Shown: one piece after another, positions 13,466 through 21,952 of the stretch
How the letters are laid out: every line of letters starts with the position of its first letter
How positions within the stretch are numbered: the first letter of the stretch is position 1
NCBI RefSeq assembly: GCF_007748075.1
Contig: NZ_CP036280.1
Span: forward strand, 60,001 to 92,000
From: Mucisphaera calidilacus
GTDB lineage: Bacteria > Planctomycetota > Phycisphaerae > Phycisphaerales > Phycisphaeraceae
DNA: 32,000 bases
Direction of reading: 5' to 3'
Position numbers and translations under genes: made by a program
Notes under the pieces: generated by a model
What the model saw: the letters and a program-made list of their open reading frames with translations, nothing else
Told to the model about the DNA's origin: nothing
The model's database searches: none

Positions 13466-14236
13466 TTAGCGGCGCTTGATGGCGAGGATGCCGAGGGCGG
13501 CGAGACCTGCACCGAAGGCGGCGGGCGTCGGGACCGAGGGCGGCGGTGCGATCTGGGTGTAGGTGAGGTTGTCGATGGCGCCGGAGCCGCCGAAGTGGAC
13601 GGTGACCTTGTCGATGTGGGTCATGCCGCCGTTGAGGTCCTGGAGATCGGCGATGTCGATGGGGTAGATGGTGTTGGCGGTGTTGTTGCCGAAGACGATG
13701 CCGGGTGTGTAGAAGGCCGAGGCGGTGTCGGTGAAGTCGGTGAAGTCGATGGTGACCCGCTTGTTGCTGGAGCCGACGATCTGGTCGAGGGTGACGACCC
13801 AGCTGTTGGAGGCCTCGATGCCTTCGAAGTCGATGAAATCGAAGCCGATGGAGGTGATGGGGGTGCTGAAGTCAAAGACCAGGGTTCCGGCGGGGCGACG
13901 GCCCTCGTCGTCGGGGGTGCCCGGCGAGACGTTCTTTTCCTGAATGATCAGGGCGTTGCCGAGGACGGTGTTGGCGGGGATGTTGCCGCCGGACCAGGGG
14001 TCTTCGAGGTCCGGGTCGCGGGTGCCGGTCTGGGTGGTGTCGAAGATGACGGCGGGGTCGTTGCTGGCCGAAGTGCTGGCGTTGTTGGCCTTGACGGTCA
14101 GCCCGACGCCGGCGTACTGGTTGGTGACGACGTCGCCGTGGCCGAGCCCGAATTCACTGAAGGTGATGACGGTGCTTGCCTGAGCGGCGGTCGTGGCGGC
14201 GGCCAATGCAGCAGCCGTAGTCAGCGCGTTACGCAT
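13466..14236 (-). CDS. PEP-CTERM sorting-domain secreted protein
   Basis: N-terminal signal peptide (AAALAAATTAAQA-S). The C-terminus reads SVPTPAAFGAGLAALGILAIKRR: a PEP-like motif (VPTP), then a hydrophobic helix, then a basic tail. The ATG has GAGGAA upstream. Confidence 0.85.
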   Translation of the reverse strand: MRNALTTAAALAAATTAAQASTVITFSEFGLGHGDVVTNQYAGVGLTVKANNASTSASNDPAVIFDTTQTGTRDPDLEDPWSGGNIPANTVLGNALIIQEKNVSPGTPDDEGRRPAGTLVFDFSTPITSIGFDFIDFEGIEASNSWVVTLDQIVGSSNKRVTIDFTDFTDTASAFYTPGIVFGNNTANTIYPIDIADLQDLNGGMTHIDKVTVHFGGSGAIDNLTYTQIAPPPSVPTPAAFGAGLAALGILAIKRR

Positions 14237-14458
14237 GGTTGAGTTCCTCTCACTCGTCCTGAGTTTGTTGTGGGGTGCGCGTTAACGCACGGTCCCCGTT
14301 GCTCCCATAAAGCGTAATATACACGCTATGGGGTGATTTGCCTAGTGGAAATCCGCGCATCCGTGTGAGCATTTTGTGAGCTAGCCTGTTTTATCGCAAT
14401 GATCAGGCAGGCTCGGGGGCAGATTTGTGGATTTAGGTAATCTGCGCGGGTTGGGATG

Positions 14459-15985
14459 TCAGTCGGCCAGTTGTTCGTCGAGGAAGGCGGTGACCTTGTC
14501 GAGCGGAACGCGTTCCTGGGCCTGGGTGTCGCGGTGCCGGACGGTGACGGCCTGATCGTTGGCGGTTTCGCCATCGATGGTGAAGCAGAAGGGGGTTCCG
14601 GCTTCGTCCATGCGTGCGTAGCGTTTGCCGATGGACTGCTTGGCGTCCATCTGGACGGTGTGTTTCTGGCGGAGGTCGAGGTAGAGCTTGTGCGCGATCT
14701 CGGGCATGCCCTCTTTGTTGACGAGGGGGAAGATGCCGGCCTTGATGGGGGCGAACTTCGGCTTGAACTTCATGAAGACCTTGGCGGCGCGCGACTCGTC
14801 GGGCGTGTAGGCCTCGCAGAGCAGGACGAGCACGCCTCGGGTGAGTCCGGAGGCGGGTTCGATGACGTTGGGGATGTAGCGCTGCTTGTCCTTGTCGGGG
14901 TTGGCCTGGTCGAAGTACTCCATCTTGGTGCCGGAGTGCTCCTGGTGCTGGGTGAGGTCGAAGCAGCCGCGGTGGGCGACGCCCTCGAGTTCGCCGAAGC
15001 TCGGCGCGGAGAAGGGGTACTTATACTCGACGTCGACGCACATCCTGGAGTAGTGGGCGAGTTCGTCGTCGTCGTGATCGCGGAAGCGGAGGTTGTCGTC
15101 GGTGACGCCGAGCGACTTCCACCAGTTCATGCGTTCGTGCTTCCAGAAGTCGTACCACTTGGGGGAGTCTTCGGGGGCGCAGAACCACTCGAGTTCCATC
15201 TGCTCGAACTCGCGTGAGCGGAAGATGAAGTTGCGGGGCGTGACCTCGTTGCGGAAGGACTTGCCGACCTGGGCGATGCCGAAGGGCACTTTGACGCGCA
15301 TGGTATCGACGACGTTCTTGTAGTTGAGGAAGATGCCCTGCGCGGTCTCGGGGCGGAGGTAGGCCTTGGCGTCGTCGTTGCGGATGGCGCCGACGAAGGT
15401 CTCGAACATGAGGTTGAACTGGCGTGGCTCGGTGAGGGTGCCGGGCTTGTCGGTGTCGGGCCCGATGATGTTGGGGTAGACGGCGACGTCGAGTTCGGTA
15501 AGGAGTTTGCGCTCGCCGTCGTCGATCGCGATCTTGGCCTTCTTGAGTTTCTTGGCGATGGTGTCGGGCTGGTTCTCCATGAAGGCCCACATGCCCCTGC
15601 CCTCGACGATCAGGACCTCGACGTGGTCGGCGCGGTAGCGTTTTTTGGTCTCGGTGCAGTCGACCATGGGGTCGTTGAAGCCGCCGACGTGTCCGGAGGC
15701 TTCCCAGGTTTTGGGGTTCTGGATGATGGCGGAGTCGAGTCCGACGACGGAGAGCGGTTCGCCATCGGGCCCGATGGGCGGGCACTCGACGGTCTGTTTC
15801 CACCACCAGTCGCGGATGTTGTTCTTGAGGGCTGTGCCGAGCGGGCCGTAGTCCCAGAAGCCGTTGATGCCGCCATAGATGTCGGAAGCGGGGTAGACGA
15901 AGCCGCGTCGTTTGCAGAGCGCGACGATGTCTTCCATCGATTTTTCTTCGGGGGTGACGTGGGGGGCGGTGGCGGTGTCGGTCAT
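14459..15985 (-). CDS. glyQS: glycine--tRNA ligase (single-chain alpha2 type)
   Basis: IVALCKRRGFVYPASDIYGGINGFWDYGPLGTALKNNIRDWWW and FRNEVTPRNFIFRSREFEQMELEWF are canonical GlyRS class II motifs. Confidence 0.95.
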   Translation of the reverse strand: MTDTATAPHVTPEEKSMEDIVALCKRRGFVYPASDIYGGINGFWDYGPLGTALKNNIRDWWWKQTVECPPIGPDGEPLSVVGLDSAIIQNPKTWEASGHVGGFNDPMVDCTETKKRYRADHVEVLIVEGRGMWAFMENQPDTIAKKLKKAKIAIDDGERKLLTELDVAVYPNIIGPDTDKPGTLTEPRQFNLMFETFVGAIRNDDAKAYLRPETAQGIFLNYKNVVDTMRVKVPFGIAQVGKSFRNEVTPRNFIFRSREFEQMELEWFCAPEDSPKWYDFWKHERMNWWKSLGVTDDNLRFRDHDDDELAHYSRMCVDVEYKYPFSAPSFGELEGVAHRGCFDLTQHQEHSGTKMEYFDQANPDKDKQRYIPNVIEPASGLTRGVLVLLCEAYTPDESRAAKVFMKFKPKFAPIKAGIFPLVNKEGMPEIAHKLYLDLRQKHTVQMDAKQSIGKRYARMDEAGTPFCFTIDGETANDQAVTVRHRDTQAQERVPLDKVTAFLDEQLAD

Positions 15986-16064
15986 GGCGGTTCTCCGTGT
16001 TTTCTCGCGTTAGGACTGCCGCGAGGGTGGGGCATGGTACCGGAATCGGTATGCTTTCGAGCGT

Positions 16065-16781
16065 TCAGGGCCGGACGGCGTGGAAGAGGGTCCAGGTGAG
16101 TTGGGTCTCGCGCGGGGTGGCGACAAAGCCGGCGTCGTGGAGTTGTTCGAGCCAGGCGGACCTGGGAAAGAGGCCGCAGGTGTGGTGGTCGGTGATGTGC
16201 TCGGCGGCCTGGGTGGCGCGGTCGGTGATGGTGATGTCGAGGGTGAGCCGGAAGGTGTGGGGGGTGTGGGGCCGCTCGAGGGTCGAGGTGAGGGCGTAGT
16301 CGTGGGTATCGGTGGTGTGGCGGTCGGTGGCGGAGGCGTGCTCGAAGGTGTCGGCGGTCTCGGTCGGGGCGACGAGCAGGAGGCCGTTGGGCCTGAGGTG
16401 GTCGTGGGCGGTGCGGAGGGTTTGGTTGATGTCGTCGATGGAGAGGAGGTAGTCGATGGCGTCGTGGATAAGGATGGCGTCGAAGGTCTGGTTGAGTTGT
16501 GCGGAGCGCATGTCGGCGACGATGGTGGGGACCTCGGGGTTGAGGGCCTGGCACTGGGCGAGCATCTCGGGTGAGAGGTCTGAGGCGGTGCAGTTGTGGT
16601 GGTGTTTGAGGTGGTAGAGGGTGTGTCCGCCGCCGGCGCCGAGCTCGAGGAGGTTGAGTCGGCGGTCGCCGAAGTGCTCGGTCAGCAGGTCGTGGATGAT
16701 CTGGGCCTCGGCGGTGTAGTCCTCGGGCGGGGAGAGGCAGGGCCAGAGGTGGGCGAGGTCCTGGTAGAGGCGTGGTGTCAT
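16065..16781 (-). CDS. class I SAM-dependent methyltransferase (layout reminiscent of TylM1/DesVI-type sugar N-methyltransferases)
   Basis: LLELGAGGGHTL (motif I), SDLSPEML, ADMRSAQLNQTFDAILIHDAIDYL and LRPNGLLLV. The start lies 4 nt after the stop of the upstream gene. Confidence 0.75.
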   Translation of the reverse strand: MTPRLYQDLAHLWPCLSPPEDYTAEAQIIHDLLTEHFGDRRLNLLELGAGGGHTLYHLKHHHNCTASDLSPEMLAQCQALNPEVPTIVADMRSAQLNQTFDAILIHDAIDYLLSIDDINQTLRTAHDHLRPNGLLLVAPTETADTFEHASATDRHTTDTHDYALTSTLERPHTPHTFRLTLDITITDRATQAAEHITDHHTCGLFPRSAWLEQLHDAGFVATPRETQLTWTLFHAVRP

Positions 16782-16785
16782 GGCG

Positions 16786-18057
16786 TCAGCGATCGAGTCG
16801 TTTGTTGAGGAGGAATTCGGTTTCGGCGGGGATCTGGGCGATGAGGGTCCAGGCGACGAGTTCGCCCGCGACGCCTGAGATAGGCCCGAGTCGTGCGTCG
16901 AGGTTCTCGATGCCGAGGATCGCGTCGCCGACGGGTGCCCAGGTGTCGATGGTGAGGTCGCGTCGGTGGATGCGTTGGCGTCGGTCGAGGCCGTAGCCGG
17001 CGTAGACCCAGGCGACGCCCCGGCCGGCTCGGCTGAGGGCGTGGGGGCTGCCCCACCACGGGTCGCCGGGCGGGCGGTGGTTGCCGATAGCGATGATCAT
17101 GTCTTGTGAGGAGAGGGGTTGTCGGCGTGGCTGGTTGAAGGGGACGAGGACGTTGGGGTCGTCGGCGAGCTTGCCGCCGAGGTGGTGCGAGGCGGGCCTG
17201 GCGCCGGCGAGGATGTAGACGGTGCCGCCGTCGGCGCGGGCGCGGCCTGCCTTGCGTGCCGCGGCGTCGATGGCGTGCCAGCTGGCGGTTGAGATGTCGC
17301 GGATGATGAGTTCGGCCTTGCGGAGGTAGCGTCGGCCGAGCTGCTGGGGCTCGATGGGGTCGAGCCACTTGTCGTGCATGAAGCGTTGGCCGGCGTACTT
17401 GGCGGCGCGCTGCTGCATGCGGTCGAGTTCGTGGCTGACGATGATGACGGGGATCTTGCCCTCGCGGACGCAGGCGGCGAAGAGTTCGGCCTGGAGGGTC
17501 CACGCGGCGAGGGTGTTGAGGACGGTGAGGGTGGGGGTGTCGTGGTTGGTGTCGTCGGCGCCGTTGTCGAGGAGGATGTCGACGGCGGCGCGGGCGTTGT
17601 CGAGCTGGTCGTGGTGGTTGAGCTGGGCGAAGGAGGCGAGACCGATGAGGGGGCCGGAGCCCTTGAGGCTGGTGGCCTCGTCGATCTGCTGTTGGAGGAA
17701 CTGCGGTTCGGGCGGTGCGTTGGCGGGTCGGACACCGAAGACGTAGAGCACCGGTTCGCCGGTGCGTCCGGGCTCGCCGGAGGAGAGGGCGAGGGCTCCG
17801 GGTCGGTGGCTGAGTTCGTGGGCGAGTCCGTCGCTGCCCATGACGCCGAGGTGGCGGTCGTCGGGGATGAGGGCGGGCGCTGCGTGCCGGGCGGCCTCGG
17901 CGTAGTCGGGCAGTTGCTCGCAGATGCGTTCGATGCCCTGCTCGATGCGTCGGATGTAGTCGCGGGCGTCGGGGATCTCGTCGGCGGCGCGGGTGAGGGT
18001 GGTCAGGAGGAGGTTGAGGAGGATGAGACAGAACAGCGTGCGCCATGGGGGGCGCAC
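16786..18057 (-). CDS. signal-peptide/anchor-bearing protein with two tandem SIS-like (UPF0309/COG4821-like) domains; hypothetical
   Basis: I prefer the GTG at 18057, which avoids overlap with efp; the track ORF starts at 18117. The N-terminus WRTLFCLILLNLLLTTLTRA is hydrophobic. Two repeats follow the pattern Y-(I/L)-R-(R/K)...(A/I)-x-x-A-A-R...G...(H)...(DILLDNGADD / LTIDTWAPVGDA)...(TVLNTLAAWTL / GPISGVAGELVAWTL), as in SIS-type UPF0309 proteins (remembered consensus). Confidence 0.5.
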   Translation of the reverse strand: MRPPWRTLFCLILLNLLLTTLTRAADEIPDARDYIRRIEQGIERICEQLPDYAEAARHAAPALIPDDRHLGVMGSDGLAHELSHRPGALALSSGEPGRTGEPVLYVFGVRPANAPPEPQFLQQQIDEATSLKGSGPLIGLASFAQLNHHDQLDNARAAVDILLDNGADDTNHDTPTLTVLNTLAAWTLQAELFAACVREGKIPVIIVSHELDRMQQRAAKYAGQRFMHDKWLDPIEPQQLGRRYLRKAELIIRDISTASWHAIDAAARKAGRARADGGTVYILAGARPASHHLGGKLADDPNVLVPFNQPRRQPLSSQDMIIAIGNHRPPGDPWWGSPHALSRAGRGVAWVYAGYGLDRRQRIHRRDLTIDTWAPVGDAILGIENLDARLGPISGVAGELVAWTLIAQIPAETEFLLNKRLDR

Positions 18058-18088
18058 GCCGTGTGCGTTCAGGGCGGAGCGGTGGAGC

Positions 18089-18649
18089 TCAGCCGTTTTG
18101 TCGTGAGAGGTATTCACCGGTGTCGGTGGAGATGCGAACGACGTCGCCGTTGTTGATGAAGGGTGGCACGCGTGTTTTGAGTCCGGTTTCGAGGATGGCT
18201 TCCTTGAGCTGGTTGGTGGCGGTGGCGCCCTTGATGCCCGGGGGCGTGTCGGAGACCTCGAGGTCGACGGTGGGCGGGGGCTGGACGCTCATGACGTTGC
18301 CCTGGTAGACGAGCGCGGTGATGACGGTGTTGGGCTTGATGTAGGAGAGCACGTCGCCAAGGACGTCCTCGTTGACGTTGAGCTGGTCGTAGGTCTCGTT
18401 GTCCATGAAGACGGCGCCGGAGCCGTCGGAGTAGAGGTACTCCATGTCGCGTTTATCGAGGGTGGCCTGGGTGACGTCTTCGCTGGAGCGGAGTCGTTTC
18501 TCGATGTGGTTGCCGGTCTGGAGGTTTTTGAGTTTGACCTGCGAGTAGGCGGGCCCCTTGCCCGGCTTCACGTGATCGAGGTTGACGACCATCCAGATCT
18601 GCCCGTCCATCTCGAGGGCCATTCCTGTTCTGACTTCGTTCGCCTTCAC
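18089..18649 (-). CDS. efp: translation elongation factor P
   Basis: GTG start at 18649 with AGGAG 6 nt upstream. (M)KANEVRTGMALEMDGQIWMVVNLDHVKPGKGPAYSQVKLKNL... is canonical EF-P with the KPGKG loop. The track ORF extension to 19072 is Arg-rich junk overlapping truD. Confidence 0.95.
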   Translation of the reverse strand: MKANEVRTGMALEMDGQIWMVVNLDHVKPGKGPAYSQVKLKNLQTGNHIEKRLRSSEDVTQATLDKRDMEYLYSDGSGAVFMDNETYDQLNVNEDVLGDVLSYIKPNTVITALVYQGNVMSVQPPPTVDLEVSDTPPGIKGATATNQLKEAILETGLKTRVPPFINNGDVVRISTDTGEYLSRQNG

Positions 18650-18750
18650 GGCAAGCTCCTGGTGTGTTTCGGCGTGTTGGTTATCGGCTGTTCGCGGTGC
18701 TCGTTTGAGCGGTGCGCGGCGTCTCATTATGACAGTTTCGGCGGGATGTA

Positions 18751-20067
18751 TCACCCCTGCGGCTTGTCGGGGTCGGGTCGGAGTCGTTCGAGGGAGGCGT
18801 CGGGTACGTCGTTTTTCATGACCTCGCGGAGGATCATGGTGGCGAAGGCGCCGCGTGGGAGGGTGAAGCTGGTCTCGATGTAGGGCCCGTGCTCGTCGGC
18901 ACCGGACTCGATCTGGAGTTCCTGCGCGAAGACGCGGAGGGCACGTCGTCCGCCGCCGACGTCGTGCTTGCCGGCGGCTTCGAGGTCGCGTTCGCCGACG
19001 CCGAGCTGTTCGAGCGCGAGCAGTTCGCGGTTGAGGATGTCGCCCTCGGGCTTGATCATCCGGGGCCCCCACATGGGCCCGCTGGGCGAGACGAGGTGGC
19101 TGTGGATGCGTCCGCCGGGCGCGTTTTCCGTGTCGGCGGTCTGCTTGTCGACGGCGAAGACGGAGCCGTTGTCGTGCTTCCAGGCGAGGTCGCCGGGGAC
19201 GAGCCGGTCGAATCGGTTCTCGCGGATGCGGCTGTCGAGGACGGCGTTGAAGGCGGCGCCCTGGAGCGCGGAGATGTAGAGCTGCCGCTGGGTCATGTCG
19301 ATGGTCTGGACGGTCTGCTCGGCGGTCTTGCCCTGCCGGAGCGCTTCGAGGGCCTGGCGGTCGTGGCGCAGGGAGCGTGGGCAGTGTTCGAGGGCGGTGT
19401 CGTAGTCGCCCTGGTCATAGGCGCGTCGTGCGGCCTGGAGGTTTTCGTTCTCGATGGGCAGGGGTTTGCCCAGGAGGGTGTCGAGCAGGTCCTGATAGCG
19501 TTGCTGGAGGAGTGCGGCGCCGATGAGGTGGGCGTTGTCGCGGTAGCCGAAGCGTTGCTGGCCGAGGTAGTTGGGGGCGCCGCGTTGTTCGAGCTGCTGG
19601 AGGATGGCGTTGGCGTGGATCACGTCGGTGGGCTTGACGCGTCGGACGCGGATGATGAAGCGGTTGCCGGCGTGGTGACCGCGTCGGAGTTTGTTGGCGT
19701 GTCGGTCGTGCCAGACGACGCGCAGGCGCGGGGGCATGTCGACGCGTTCGAGGTACTCGTTTTCCTGCTCGGCTGTTCGGCCGGGCAGGTAGACGGAGAC
19801 GAGCTGGCGGGTCAGCGCGTGCTTGTCCTTGAGGCCTGCGTACCCGACGTCGCGGCGGCCGACGCGGAAGGCTTTGGCGATGCGTCGGACGGCGTCGGCG
19901 GTGGTGAGTTTGCGTTTCTCGATGTAGAGGTAGAGGTGTTCACCTTCGCCGGCGGGTTCGTAGAGGGGTTGTTCCTCGACGATGAAGTCTTCGGGGCGTT
20001 CTTTGATCACGCCACCGATGCCGGGGTGGTCGTCGGTGAGCAGGGCGAGGTTTTCGGTGAGTGACAT
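18751..20067 (-). CDS. truD: tRNA pseudouridine(13) synthase TruD
   Basis: PEDFIVEE...GEGEHLYLYIEKRKLTTADAV...GYAGLKDKHALTRQ is the TruD signature. Confidence 0.9.
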   Translation of the reverse strand: MSLTENLALLTDDHPGIGGVIKERPEDFIVEEQPLYEPAGEGEHLYLYIEKRKLTTADAVRRIAKAFRVGRRDVGYAGLKDKHALTRQLVSVYLPGRTAEQENEYLERVDMPPRLRVVWHDRHANKLRRGHHAGNRFIIRVRRVKPTDVIHANAILQQLEQRGAPNYLGQQRFGYRDNAHLIGAALLQQRYQDLLDTLLGKPLPIENENLQAARRAYDQGDYDTALEHCPRSLRHDRQALEALRQGKTAEQTVQTIDMTQRQLYISALQGAAFNAVLDSRIRENRFDRLVPGDLAWKHDNGSVFAVDKQTADTENAPGGRIHSHLVSPSGPMWGPRMIKPEGDILNRELLALEQLGVGERDLEAAGKHDVGGGRRALRVFAQELQIESGADEHGPYIETSFTLPRGAFATMILREVMKNDVPDASLERLRPDPDKPQG

Positions 20068-20112
20068 GGCGTGAGGTAGTGGGCTGCGGTTTGTTTCGGT
20101 CGTGGCGGAGGC

Positions 20113-21051
20113 TCAGTCTTCGGGGGCGTCGTTGCTGACGAGCTGGTGGAAGGCCTCGATGAGTTTGCGTGTGATCGGGCCGGGCTTGCCGTCGAGGATG
20201 GTTCGGCCGTCGATCTGGGTGACGGGCATGATCTCGGCGGCGGAGCCGGTGATGAAGACCTCGTCGGCGGTGTAGAGGTCGTGGCGGGTCATGTCGGTGG
20301 CTTCCATGCGGAGGCCGGCGGCGCGGGCGATGTGTTCGACGGTCTGCTTGGTGATGCCGTCGAGGATGCCGGCGTGGAGGGGGGGTGTGCGGACGACGGT
20401 CTCGCGGTCGTCCTGGCGGACGATGAAGATGTTGTCGGCGGTGCACTCGGCGACGAAGCCCTGAGCGTTGAGCATGACGGCTTCCATGACGCCCGCGTCG
20501 ATGGCCTCGATCTTGGCGAGGATGTTGTTGAGGTAGTTGAGGCTCTTGATGCGTGGGGAGAGGGCGGCGGGGTGGTTGCGGATGGTGGAGGCGGTGATGA
20601 TCGCCATGCCGTCGCTGTACATCTGCTCGGGGTAGAGGCGGATGTCGTCGGCGATGATGAACATGACCGGGCGCGGGCATCGGAAGGGGGTGAGGCCGAG
20701 GGTGCCGGGCCCGCGGGTGACGCAGAGCCGGACGTAGCCGTTGTGCTGCTGGTTGGCCAGGACGGTGGCGCGGACGGCCTCGGCGATCTGGTCGGCGGTG
20801 TAGGGGAGGTCGAGCCGTATGGCGCGGGCGGATTCGTGGAGCCGTTTGATGTGGGTGGCGAGTTTGAAGACGCGTCCGTTGTAGACGCGGATGCCCTCGA
20901 AGACCCCGTCGCCATAGAGCACGCCATGGTCGAAGACGCTGACGGTGGCCTGTTCGGAGGGCACGAGCTGGCCGTCGATCCAGACGCGCTTCCCGGCGGG
21001 GATCGACGGCGGGTCGGTCGTGCCGGAGGAGCGTGTCGGGATCTCGGTCAC
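20113..21051 (-). CDS. ilvE: branched-chain amino acid aminotransferase (fold-type IV PLP enzyme)
   Basis: GTG start. VFDHGVLYGDGVFEGIRVYNGRVFKLATHIKRL, SPRIKSLNYLNNILAK and EVFITGSAAEIMPV are typical of short bacterial IlvE. Confidence 0.85.
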   Translation of the reverse strand: MTEIPTRSSGTTDPPSIPAGKRVWIDGQLVPSEQATVSVFDHGVLYGDGVFEGIRVYNGRVFKLATHIKRLHESARAIRLDLPYTADQIAEAVRATVLANQQHNGYVRLCVTRGPGTLGLTPFRCPRPVMFIIADDIRLYPEQMYSDGMAIITASTIRNHPAALSPRIKSLNYLNNILAKIEAIDAGVMEAVMLNAQGFVAECTADNIFIVRQDDRETVVRTPPLHAGILDGITKQTVEHIARAAGLRMEATDMTRHDLYTADEVFITGSAAEIMPVTQIDGRTILDGKPGPITRKLIEAFHQLVSNDAPED

Positions 21052-21070
21052 TGTGTTGACTCGCTAGGTA

Positions 21071-21877
21071 TCAGCCGCCCACCTGATAGCGGACGAACTT
21101 CTTGATGGTGCTGCCCTTGGGCAGGAGGTCCTGGATCTGCTTCTTGTCGTCCTTGACGAAGGGCTGGCGGAGGAGGACGACGGTGTCGAGGTACTTGCGC
21201 ATCTTGCCCTCGACCATCTTCTCGGCGATTTCCTTGGGCTTGCCGGACTCCATGGCCTGCCCGATGGCGATCTCGCGTTCCTTGTCGATGGCTTCCTGGG
21301 GGACGTCCTCGGGGTTGACGCCAAGGGGTGCCGGGACGATGGCGGTGACGTGCATGCAGAGGTCGGAGAGCAGCTCGTCGGAGGCTTCGCCATCGACCTC
21401 GATGAGGACGCCGACTTTGCCGTTGTGGTGGAGGTAGGAGCCGATGCGTGTGCCGGCCCCGCCGAGGACCTCGGCCTTGCCGAACTGGGCGTTTTCCTTG
21501 GTGGTGACGCGGACGTCATCGATGAGGGTCTGCATGGCGTCGGTCTTCTCGACCGGGCCAGCGTCGGCCTTGAGGGCTTCGTCGGCGACGCCCTCGACCA
21601 TCTTGATGAAGTCCTCGTTGTTGGCGGTGAAGTCGGTTTCGGTGTGGACGGCGGCGATGGCGGCCTTGGTCTTGTCGTCGCTGACCTTGATGGCGATGCG
21701 GCCTTCGGCGGACTCGCGGTCGGTGCGCGTGTCCATCTTGGCGAGGCCCTTCTTGCGGACGAGTTCGACGGCTGCGTCGAATTCGCCGCCTGCCTCTTCG
21801 AGGGCGGCCTTGCTTTCCATCATCCCGAGGCCCGTTGCTTTGCGGAGGGCCATTACGTCCTTGGCGGTGATCGCCAT
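21071..21877 (-). CDS. tsf: translation elongation factor Ts
   Basis: MAITAKDVMALRKATGLGMMESKAALEEAGGEFDAAVELVRKKG is the canonical EF-Ts N-terminus. I chose the ATG at 21877, which has GGGAG 8 nt upstream. The track ORF starts 5 codons earlier at a non-ATG codon. Confidence 0.95.
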   Translation of the reverse strand: MAITAKDVMALRKATGLGMMESKAALEEAGGEFDAAVELVRKKGLAKMDTRTDRESAEGRIAIKVSDDKTKAAIAAVHTETDFTANNEDFIKMVEGVADEALKADAGPVEKTDAMQTLIDDVRVTTKENAQFGKAEVLGGAGTRIGSYLHHNGKVGVLIEVDGEASDELLSDLCMHVTAIVPAPLGVNPEDVPQEAIDKEREIAIGQAMESGKPKEIAEKMVEGKMRKYLDTVVLLRQPFVKDDKKQIQDLLPKGSTIKKFVRYQVGG

Positions 21878-21919
21878 GGTTCGAGCTCCCAATGAGGTGG
21901 TCCAAGTTGAACGATCGAG

Positions 21920-21940
21920 GCACCGGGATCGTCCCGGTGC
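21920..21940 (-). promoter_or_regulatory. 9-bp GC hairpin in the rpsB-tsf intergenic spacer (possible attenuator or processing structure)
   Basis: GCACCGGGA-TCG-TCCCGGTGC is a perfect 9-bp stem. On the transcript it is followed by CUCGAUCGUUCAACUU, then the tsf RBS. Confidence 0.5.
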
Positions 21941-21952
21941 GGGGCGGGCATT

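Noticed and set aside
14419-14445. GCAGATT-N13-AATCTGC inverted repeat just downstream of the glyQS stop, considered as an intrinsic terminator.
   Set aside because: Only a 7-bp stem with a 13-nt loop and no U tract, so it is too weak to call. It may still contribute to termination or belong to the PEP-CTERM gene upstream region.
18650-19072. The N-terminal extension of the efp track ORF (18089-19072), which would give a 327-aa EF-P.
   Set aside because: The extension is Arg-rich junk overlapping the truD 3' end. A GTG at 18649 with AGGAG 6 nt upstream gives a canonical 186-aa EF-P.
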